Positions 15,594 to 22,418 of a stretch of DNA of 22,418 nucleotides are shown here, in pieces. The stretch covers positions 1-22,418 of the forward strand of contig CAMHLN010000016.1 of the NCBI GenBank assembly GCA_946186155.1, in the 5' to 3' direction. The translations under genes and the position numbers were made by a program. Source of the stretch: an uncultured Clostridia bacterium. Its GTDB lineage: Bacteria > Bacillota > Clostridia > Oscillospirales > Acutalibacteraceae. Under the pieces are notes generated by a model. The model did no database searches and was not told the DNA's origin. It saw only the letters and a list, made by a program, of their open reading frames with translations. Each line of letters begins with the position of its first letter. The stretch's first letter is position 1.

Positions 15594-16871
15594 ATGTTTA
15601 TGCCAAATTTTTTGAAAAATGAAACTAACAGAATTTTTTTTGCTCTTTTTCTAGGAGTAATTTTTGGAGCAATAATGAAACTTTTGCCTCCATCTTCGTA
15701 TCTGGACGACATATTAGTTAACGGAATACTTAGACTTGTTGGAAACGGATTTATTGAACTTATCAAAATGACTGTAGTTCCTCTTATTTTCACATCAATT
15801 ATATGCGGAGTTTCCTCATTTGGGGATTCAAAAAAATTAGGAAAAATCGGAGCAAAAACCCTGATATTATTTTTTATTACTACCCTCATTGGAGTAATAA
15901 TTTCTTTATTTTTAGCTATGCTTTTCAAACCAGGATACGTTGAAAATCCTTTAGTTTCTGCGGAAATTGGTTCTAGTTCTAGTCAAAATTCGAAAAATTT
16001 TTTCGATGTAATTATCGAAATGATTCCTAATAATCCTTTTAAATCAATGTCTGAAGGAAATTTACTACAGGTATTGATATTTGCTTCATTTTTTGGAGTT
16101 GCCATAGGAAAGATGGGAGAAAAATCAAAAAAAATAGTAGATATGTTCAATCTAATCAACGAATGTATTATGAAAATTGTATCTATGATTATCAAAATTA
16201 CTCCATTTGGAGTTTTCGCATTGGTTTCTATCGCAATGTACTCAACGGGATTAGAATCTTTGATTGGAGTTTTAAAATTGAGCATGGTAGTAATTTCTGC
16301 ACTTTTGGTTCAAGCATTTTTAGTTTACGGTTTGTTCTACAAAATAGGAACTGGGTTTTCTTTTTTTAAATTTTTAAAAAATTATTCAAAAATAGCAAGC
16401 ATAGCGTTCTCAACGTCATCAAGTAATGCGTGTTTACCATATGGAATGAAAATGATGGAAAAAATTGGAGTAGATAAATCTATATATCAGTTTATTTTAA
16501 CTTTAGGATCCACTATAAACATGGCAGGAACAGCTATAATGCAATCTGCAAGCGTTATTTTTATTTCTCAACTCCACGGTATAGAATTATCTCTTAGTTC
16601 TATTACCAGAATAGTATTTACATCTGTTTTGGCTTCTGCTGGAGCTGCGGGAGTCCCGGGAGTTGGAATTATAATGCTTACTATGGTAGTGTCGTCAGTT
16701 GGATTACCTACTGAGGGGATAGCAATGATTATGGGATTCGATAGAATTTTAGATATGCTTAGAACTCCTGTGAATGTCATGGGAGACTGCGTTTGTTCTA
16801 TCATAGTAGCAAAGAGTGAAAATTCCGTAGATATGACCAAATTCAACTCGGAAAGTAGAAATACCAAATAA
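15594..16871 (+). CDS. Dicarboxylate/amino acid:cation symporter (DAACS/GltP-SstT family)
   Basis: Polytopic membrane protein with IKMTVVPLIF and AFSTSSSNACLP hairpin-loop motifs, which are diagnostic of sodium:dicarboxylate symporter family proteins. The start may be ATG 15600, which has AGGA 5 nt upstream. Confidence 0.85.
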   Translation: MFMPNFLKNETNRIFFALFLGVIFGAIMKLLPPSSYLDDILVNGILRLVGNGFIELIKMTVVPLIFTSIICGVSSFGDSKKLGKIGAKTLILFFITTLIGVIISLFLAMLFKPGYVENPLVSAEIGSSSSQNSKNFFDVIIEMIPNNPFKSMSEGNLLQVLIFASFFGVAIGKMGEKSKKIVDMFNLINECIMKIVSMIIKITPFGVFALVSIAMYSTGLESLIGVLKLSMVVISALLVQAFLVYGLFYKIGTGFSFFKFLKNYSKIASIAFSTSSSNACLPYGMKMMEKIGVDKSIYQFILTLGSTINMAGTAIMQSASVIFISQLHGIELSLSSITRIVFTSVLASAGAAGVPGVGIIMLTMVVSSVGLPTEGIAMIMGFDRILDMLRTPVNVMGDCVCSIIVAKSENSVDMTKFNSESRNTK

Positions 16872-16909
16872 TTTACTTATAAAAAATAAAATCGAGAGCT
16901 GTTATCAAT

Positions 16910-18232
16910 ATGAAAAATATGAAATCGAAAAAAGTTATTTTTGTTTGTAATAATTGTGGATACGATTCTGCCAAATGGAGTGGCAAATGTCCATCTTGTG
17001 GAGAATGGAATTCTATGTCAGAATTTTCCGAGAAAAAATTTTCTGGTAATAAAAAATGTTCGAATCCAGTTAGAATGTCGGAAATAAAATTTGACGATAA
17101 TATTAGAATGAGCACAGGAATATCCGAGCTTGACAGAACTCTTGGTGGCGGAATTGTTAAAGGATCATTTGTCTTGCTTAGTGGTTCTCCAGGAGTAGGA
17201 AAATCTACCATACTTCTTCAAATTTCTGAAAAATTTGAAAACATCTTATACGTTTCAGGAGAAGAATCTTATAGTCAAATTAAGATGCGGAGTGAAAGAT
17301 TGGGAATAAAAAATGACAATTTGTTTGTTCTTGCTGAAACTGATATTGATGTGATATCTAAGTGTATAGAAAATTTGAATCCCGGTTTGGTTATAGTAGA
17401 TTCTATCCAAACCATATCAAGTTCTGAAGTTAATTCTATTCCTGGTAGCGTTTCTCAAGTTAAAGAGTGCTCAAATATATTGCTTAAAATTTCAAAAGAA
17501 TTAAATATTGCTACGTTAGCAGTTAGTCACGTGAATAAGGAAGGAGCAATTGCAGGTCCTAAAGTTTTGGAACATATGGTAGATGTTGTTCTTTACTTCG
17601 AAGGAGAAAATAAAAATTCTTACAGAATTATAAGATGCATAAAAAATAGATTTGGCTCCACAAACGAGATAGGAGTTTTTGAAATGAAGACAAAAGGTCT
17701 AGAAGAAGTGAAAAACCCATCTTCAGTAATGTTGGAAAACAAATCTTTTGAATCATCAGGCTCATGTATTGCAGTTGTAACTGAAGGGAGTAGGCCATTT
17801 TTGGTTGAAATTCAAGCATTAGTTGTTCCGTCAAATTTGAGTATGCCCAGAAGAGTTTCAAATGGATACGATTATAATCGTTTGTGCATGATTTTAGCAG
17901 TTCTTGAAAAAAAATCAGGCTTCTATTTTTCAAATTCCGATGTTTACATAAATATTGTTGGCGGAATAAAAATCAATGACCCTTCAGCTGATTTGCCAAT
18001 AGCTATTTCTCTGGTTTCATCTATAAAAGATAAAATTGTCCCCATTGATTTAGCATCTTTTGGAGAAATTGGTCTTTCAGGAGAAATAAGAGGAGCATAT
18101 CGTTCGCAAGAAAGAATAGATGAAGCCAGAAGATTAGGATTATCAGAATTCATAATTCCTGACGTTAGTAATATTGAAGAAAAATCCGCCAAAAAAATTA
18201 AAAATATAAAAAGCATAAATTTTTGCATTTGA
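16910..18232 (+). CDS. radA: DNA repair protein RadA/Sms
   Basis: N-terminal C4 zinc finger CNNCGY...CPSCGEW, Walker A GSPGVGKST, the KNRFG motif and a Lon-protease-like C-terminal domain. Confidence 0.93.
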   Translation: MKNMKSKKVIFVCNNCGYDSAKWSGKCPSCGEWNSMSEFSEKKFSGNKKCSNPVRMSEIKFDDNIRMSTGISELDRTLGGGIVKGSFVLLSGSPGVGKSTILLQISEKFENILYVSGEESYSQIKMRSERLGIKNDNLFVLAETDIDVISKCIENLNPGLVIVDSIQTISSSEVNSIPGSVSQVKECSNILLKISKELNIATLAVSHVNKEGAIAGPKVLEHMVDVVLYFEGENKNSYRIIRCIKNRFGSTNEIGVFEMKTKGLEEVKNPSSVMLENKSFESSGSCIAVVTEGSRPFLVEIQALVVPSNLSMPRRVSNGYDYNRLCMILAVLEKKSGFYFSNSDVYINIVGGIKINDPSADLPIAISLVSSIKDKIVPIDLASFGEIGLSGEIRGAYRSQERIDEARRLGLSEFIIPDVSNIEEKSAKKIKNIKSINFCI

Positions 18233-18237
18233 CAAAA
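18165..18237. repeat. 73-bp direct repeat, copy A (native 3' end of radA including stop)
   Basis: Matches 19386-19458 at 69/73 positions. Confidence 0.9.
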
Positions 18238-18257
18238 ATGTTTAAAGAGTTTAAACT
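18229..18257 (+). promoter_or_regulatory. Putative promoter of paralog 3 built on radA stop region (TTGACA, 17 bp spacer, TAAACT)
   Basis: TTGACA at 18229-18234 overlaps the radA TGA. TAAACT lies at 18252-18257. Confidence 0.4.
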
Positions 18258-18280
18258 ATCCAAATAAGGGGTGATATTTT

Positions 18281-19246
18281 TTGAATAAGTCAAGATTATT
18301 ATCGTGCATAATGTTGTGTAGTACGGCGCTAGGGTTGGGTTTAGGAATAGGAACATCCGCCAAAACATCAAACGCCAAGACGTTAGATGACAAGGTGTCC
18401 CAAAGAAAGTATTCTAGAAATGGTTCAATGTTAAGTTTTCGTACGTTATTGGAATTTATTACCGTTTCTGGATTGTGCCTTAAAATAAAATCAATTTCTG
18501 ATGAAAACTCTGCAAAGGATCTTCGGGTTGGAGAGTTAGAGGAATTGAATAAGAGTTTAGATGAAAAAGTTAAACAATTAGATAGCAAAGTGTTTGGTGA
18601 TACATCCGATATTAATAAGCTTTCAATTACGAATGGCTTTTTAAAAAAAGACAACATTGAATTAAAGAATAAAATTGTTGTTTTAGAAAATAAGTTGGAA
18701 GCTAGTACGGTAGATAATAATATTATTAAAGATTTTGTTTCACGTTTTTTTTCGTTGGAATTAAAAGCAAAAGGTCAATGGGATTCAAGATGGCAGGAAT
18801 TGGAGAAAGATCAAGAATTTGTTTGCAAAAAATTTGGTGAACACTTTTGTTTCGGTGTCATTACAAGTGACTTAGATAGTTATGATTTTGAATCACAATC
18901 ATTGATTGAAAATTTAGGGAAAAATTTTAGCCTTAAATCGAAAGACGGATGGCAAACAAATTTTGATCGTGCATTAGAAATTTTGTGTCAAAAAAATTCT
19001 CAAATGTTTTTAGATGATAAGAGTAATGTGGTTCCAGATAGGAAGGCTTGTTGTTTTGGTGATAAGATTCGACGATTATGTCGAACATTGTATAAAACTT
19101 TTGAAAGTTCATCTGGTGAGAAATTTACAGTTTCTTGTAGTCTGTATGCTAAAACAGATAATTGGAATCGTTTGTGCTCAGTTGTTGTGATTTATGCTAT
19201 TGGTGACGTGGTTGATAAGAATCAGCCGGCTCCTGTTTTGGTTTAA
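18281..19246 (+). CDS. Secreted protein, variable family member 3 (TTG start; signal peptide MNKSRLLSC...TSNA; RNG module; coiled-coil; Cys-rich C-terminus)
   Basis: TTG 18281 has GGGGTGA 6 nt upstream. The N-terminal KxRLLSC...GLG.G.S..SNA and SRNGSMLSFRTLLEFITVSG parallel paralogs 1 and 2 (LRNGIDILGLLTIIYGG). Confidence 0.7.
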   Translation: MNKSRLLSCIMLCSTALGLGLGIGTSAKTSNAKTLDDKVSQRKYSRNGSMLSFRTLLEFITVSGLCLKIKSISDENSAKDLRVGELEELNKSLDEKVKQLDSKVFGDTSDINKLSITNGFLKKDNIELKNKIVVLENKLEASTVDNNIIKDFVSRFFSLELKAKGQWDSRWQELEKDQEFVCKKFGEHFCFGVITSDLDSYDFESQSLIENLGKNFSLKSKDGWQTNFDRALEILCQKNSQMFLDDKSNVVPDRKACCFGDKIRRLCRTLYKTFESSSGEKFTVSCSLYAKTDNWNRLCSVVVIYAIGDVVDKNQPAPVLV

Positions 19247-19385
19247 TTGTTGTGTGTTAAATTATAAAGAAAAATTTCTAGTTTTATGGTTCTAAACGGG
19301 GGTTTGGCGCTTTTTTGCTGGTGTCAACAGAGGTGTATTAATTGCAAAAAATGAAAAAGATAGTAAAATTTTATAATTCTTGATA

Positions 19386-19458
19386 TTAGCAACATTGAAG
19401 AAAAATTTGCCAAAAAAATTAAAAATATAAAAAGCATAAATTTTTGCATTTGACAAAA
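19386..19458. repeat. 73-bp direct repeat, copy B (duplicated radA 3' end, downstream of inserted gene)
   Basis: CATTGAAGAAAAATTTGCCAAAAAAATTAAAAATATAAAAAGCATAAATTTTTGCATTTGACAAAA matches 18165-18237 with 4 mismatches. Confidence 0.9.
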
Positions 19459-19680
19459 TTATTTCTAAATTTAAAAAAAAATTTATGTTACTTGGAGTTA
19501 TGGTTGTAAGGCATCGTTTTTTGTAAATTTACTTTGATTTTTTTGACAAATTTGCTTGCAATTTTTGTTTTAATTTGTAAAAATAGTGCTATTTTGTAGA
19601 AGAGGGGTGGTTGTCAAAGAATATTAGTTTTCTGCGGGCTTTTTATCTGAATTTTATTTTTATTTTGAGAGGTATTTATT

Positions 19681-20457
19681 ATGAGTTTCAAATCTGTTAA
19701 AAAAATTGTTAGCAAATTCGTGTTGGCTATGTTACTTTCATCATCATTTTCACTGAATGGCGATGCCATAGGCAAAGTACAGGAAATGGTAATGAAAGAT
19801 TGGCTTGAACATCAGGGGCTGAATGTCGAAGAAGGAATGAAAAAACTGCAGTACGCTGCTAAAGATGGTACCCCTTGCTATTTGGTTCCTATATATGAAA
19901 ATGACGAGGTTGAAAAGTTTATCGTTGATTTGTATAGTAATCAGGCTTATAAAGATTATATGTATAATTGGTTTGGTGGCAAGGGAATGAGTACCCAACA
20001 AAAAGCTAGATCCTCTAAGTTTGATGTGCCATATCTTAACATGCACAATTCCAAAGATCCCAGAGTGAATGCTCATGAGTATTTTGATGGTTATTTATCT
20101 AGGTCTGTAAACTTCGTAATTTTCTATGGAGATTTTTTAGCAGGACAGCTTTCGATGGGCCCGATGAGAAATTTGGGAGTTCCAAGTGAAGTTGCTGTCG
20201 TGATTCACAAAAAATACAGTGGAAAGGGAATATTCTCTGGGCTTTCTCAAATAGATATGGGATTTTTCATGAACGCTTATAAAAATGGTACTAAGAATGC
20301 AAGCCGAAATTTAAGCAGAATATACACCACACCTTCTAAGCCTCAAGCAACTAGTTTCATGGGTAGAGTGTTATCTGAAAAGTTTGGATTTTATTATGAC
20401 GAAAAATTGACTTCACAGAAAAAAGATGGTTGCAGTTACTACTATAAAGTTATTTAA
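19681..20457 (+). CDS. Hypothetical secreted protein (signal peptide; no recognised family)
   Basis: The N-terminus MSFKSVKKIVSKFVLAMLLSSSFSLNG reads as a signal peptide. GAGAGGT RBS. Its stop overlaps the stop of the convergent gene. Confidence 0.6.
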   Translation: MSFKSVKKIVSKFVLAMLLSSSFSLNGDAIGKVQEMVMKDWLEHQGLNVEEGMKKLQYAAKDGTPCYLVPIYENDEVEKFIVDLYSNQAYKDYMYNWFGGKGMSTQQKARSSKFDVPYLNMHNSKDPRVNAHEYFDGYLSRSVNFVIFYGDFLAGQLSMGPMRNLGVPSEVAVVIHKKYSGKGIFSGLSQIDMGFFMNAYKNGTKNASRNLSRIYTTPSKPQATSFMGRVLSEKFGFYYDEKLTSQKKDGCSYYYKVI

Positions 20458-21872
20458 TAGTTGTTATAAATTTGGCTGCCAGTTTTTTCTGGCAGTTCTT
20501 TTTTGTTAAAATTCACGATTGCTAATGCATATCCTAAATACATCCATATAAGAGCATCAGAAAGAGTTACTCCGGATAAAATTCCGATTTCAAAATTAGC
20601 ATAGGAAAAATATGCCATAATTATTGCAAATAGCTTTGATACGAATTTCGATTCTAATTTGTAAGTCCACACAAATATTTCATATGCCAATTTGTATATT
20701 GCTAAAATTATAAATATCACAAAAAGGGAAAATCCTATCCATCCGTAAGAAACTATCAGTGTTAAATATAAATTATGTAAATCAGGATGCCTACAAGGAA
20801 ATGCCAATCCTCCGTCTATATATATTTTTCCATAATAACTAAGATTTTCTCTTCCTATTCCTATCAGAGGATGAATTTTCGAAAGTTGAACCCCTTGTTT
20901 AAAAAGAAGAATCCTACCACTACTTATCTCGTGATTTCCTCTTCCTATTTTCATGTCTTCATCGAATATTTTATCATCTATGTGTAAACTCTCACTATTA
21001 ATTTGCCTATATTTGATAATTTTATTAACTATCTTCTGGCATGCTACCCTCATTAAAAATGAAGCAGATACGACAACTGTAATACACATAAAAACGAATA
21101 CCATTTCTCTAACAATTTTTATATCTTTAAATTTATTATATTTAGAAAAATTTTCATAAAAAAATCTGGTTACGAGATAAACTGTTATAAAAACAAATGA
21201 TGCATTGGAATCAGTTAGAAATAAAGTTATCAAATTAAATATCATACAAAAATTTAAAATCCAAGAATTGATTTTAAATTTTTCTTTCATATATCTATCA
21301 TTTAGCAGATCACAGGAAAACATAGAAATTACAGATAAAAATCCTAACTGATTTGGATTAGTAGATATCCCGAAAAACCTATTTTGAATTAATCCTAATT
21401 TGTATCCCATAAAATCTATAGACACATGCCTAACAAGAACATATAACCCTAATATTGAAACTAAAAATGAAAAATAAATTATAAATTTAAGTATAAAACA
21501 AACTTCTTTATTGATTTTATCTTCAGAAGTATTTTTCCCCATGCCAAATATTAGAAATATCAATATAAAATTGTTCAATAAAATTACGATGTTCATAATT
21601 ATGTTTGCTGTGAAATTTACACACGACGTGAAAATTCCTAAAATCATAAACGGAATAATTATCTTTTTATTTTCTATATCAAACTTTTCAGGACAACTGA
21701 AAAGGATATGCATGGAAATGATCAGTCCCCAACAAACTACTATTCCGTTAATCCATCCTGCGAGTAATTCTATTGGGGAAATTAACTCGAGCAAAAGAGA
21801 AATTATGTAGCAAATTCTGAAGAGACTTAAATCATAAAATGAGATTTTTTTTTTAAAATTTGAAATTATCAT
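20454..21872 (-). CDS. O-antigen ligase/polymerase-like (Wzy_C domain) polytopic membrane protein
   Basis: About 12 predicted TM segments. A large extracytoplasmic loop carries GIGRENLSYYG and HPDLHNLYLTLIVSYGWIG, matching the Wzy_C H-N-x-[YF]-L motif. The ATG at 21872 overlaps the upstream TGA (ATGA). The ORF-track start at 21899 is a TTG. Confidence 0.7.
   Translation of the reverse strand: MIISNFKKKISFYDLSLFRICYIISLLLELISPIELLAGWINGIVVCWGLIISMHILFSCPEKFDIENKKIIIPFMILGIFTSCVNFTANIIMNIVILLNNFILIFLIFGMGKNTSEDKINKEVCFILKFIIYFSFLVSILGLYVLVRHVSIDFMGYKLGLIQNRFFGISTNPNQLGFLSVISMFSCDLLNDRYMKEKFKINSWILNFCMIFNLITLFLTDSNASFVFITVYLVTRFFYENFSKYNKFKDIKIVREMVFVFMCITVVVSASFLMRVACQKIVNKIIKYRQINSESLHIDDKIFDEDMKIGRGNHEISSGRILLFKQGVQLSKIHPLIGIGRENLSYYGKIYIDGGLAFPCRHPDLHNLYLTLIVSYGWIGFSLFVIFIILAIYKLAYEIFVWTYKLESKFVSKLFAIIMAYFSYANFEIGILSGVTLSDALIWMYLGYALAIVNFNKKELPEKTGSQIYNNY
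20476..20495. terminator. Bidirectional-type hairpin CTGCCAG-TTTTTT-CTGGCAG followed by TTCTTTTTTGTT
   Basis: Perfect 7-bp stem. It lies within the last 14 codons of the minus-strand membrane protein gene and immediately 3' of the plus-strand gene. Confidence 0.5.
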
Positions 21873-22418
21873 ACAATTTCTTTCTTCAGATGAGTGCAAA
21901 CATATTCAACATCTTCTTCATCCATAAGAGTATGAAGAGGCAGGGTAATCTCATTTTCGTACATCTTGAACGCATTTGGAAAGTCACTTATTTTAAATCC
22001 GAGATTTTTATAAGCAGTCATCATCGGAAGAGGTTTATAATGTACATTGGTAGCTATTCCGTTAGATGCCATTTTTTCAATTATTTTATTCCTATCGTTC
22101 TCGTTTCTGCCTAATAATCTTACCATATAAAGATGGACAGTGGAGTTTTGCAATCTAGACTCATTCTGATAGATTTCCACATTACAACCAGACAGCAAAT
22201 CGTTATATTTTCTCGCTAATAATCTTCTTTTTTCTATTAATTTGTCGAATCTCCCAAGTTGTGCCAATCCAATTGCAGCAGAAATATCAGCCATGTTGTT
22301 CTTATATCCAGGGAAAATAATATCATATTCCCAGTTTGATTTTTGCATTTTTGAGAGAGCATCTTTGTTTTGCCCGTGAAGAGAAAGAAGAGAAAGATTT
22401 TTGTACAAATTCTCATCT
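21869..22418 (-). CDS. DegT/DnrJ/EryC1/StrS-family sugar aminotransferase, C-terminal part (N-terminus beyond window)
   Basis: YDIIFPGYKNNMADISAAIGLAQLGRFDKLIEKRRLLARKY matches the C-terminal domain of PLP-dependent NDP-sugar aminotransferases. The region containing the PLP-binding Lys is not in the window. Confidence 0.75.
   Translation of the reverse strand, partial: DENLYKNLSLLSLHGQNKDALSKMQKSNWEYDIIFPGYKNNMADISAAIGLAQLGRFDKLIEKRRLLARKYNDLLSGCNVEIYQNESRLQNSTVHLYMVRLLGRNENDRNKIIEKMASNGIATNVHYKPLPMMTAYKNLGFKISDFPNAFKMYENEITLPLHTLMDEEDVEYVCTHLKKEIV

Noticed and set aside
15575-18228. Minus-strand ORFs 15575..15928, 15983..16285, 16568..16867, 16873..17211, 17628..17933 and 17944..18228, and plus-strand 16163..16369
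   Set aside because: They are fully nested in the transporter and radA genes, which have strong family signatures.
18161-19460. IS element or transposon as the cause of the 73-bp duplication
   Set aside because: There is no transposase or integrase ORF, no terminal inverted repeats, and the duplicated flank is far longer than a target-site duplication. I therefore describe it as a recombination footprint rather than calling a mobile element.

Overview
Overview: this 22.4-kb window is AT-rich bacterial chromosome with a Firmicutes-like layout. The str-operon tail runs rpsG'-fusA-tuf, every tRNA gene encodes its 3' CCA, and there is an unmistakable SpoVAD homolog, so a low-GC endospore-former (Clostridia-like) is likely. 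Gene order from left to right: rpsG (3' end), fusA, tuf, tRNA-Leu(UAA), tRNA-Trp(CCA), a GNAT acetyltransferase, tRNA-Pro(UGG), an SPFH/band-7 protein, secA (no C-terminal Zn finger), a tRNA array Arg(UCU)-His(GUG)-Gln(CUG)-Gln(UUG), a coiled-coil/zinc-ribbon protein, ispF (minus strand), a four-gene operon, three paralogous secreted proteins, an orphan spoVAD (minus), a DAACS-family transporter, radA, an unknown secreted protein, and a convergent pair on the minus strand made of a Wzy_C/O-antigen-ligase-like membrane protein and the 3' part of a DegT-family sugar aminotransferase. Three things stand out. First, the four-gene operon is Gpt-like 6-oxopurine phosphoribosyltransferase - QueD - QueE - FolE. 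It carries the full route from GTP to 7-carboxy-7-deazaguanine but has no queC or queF. A guanine-family phosphoribosyltransferase with a degenerate PRPP loop sits in the position queC normally occupies. This points to a 7-deazaguanine nucleotide or nucleoside product, following the TubE/ToyH logic of tubercidin and toyocamycin biosynthesis, rather than ordinary queuosine biosynthesis. Second, there is a family of three paralogous secreted proteins with near-identical N-terminal modules and divergent C-termini. Two are in tandem, and the second has a 1-nt indel that orphans its start codon and signal peptide. The third sits in a ~1.15-kb insertion at the 3' end of radA, bracketed by 73-bp direct repeats of the radA tail that also supply its promoter. 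Third, spoVAD is orphaned from spoVAC and spoVAEb. No CRISPR array, rRNA or transposase is present.
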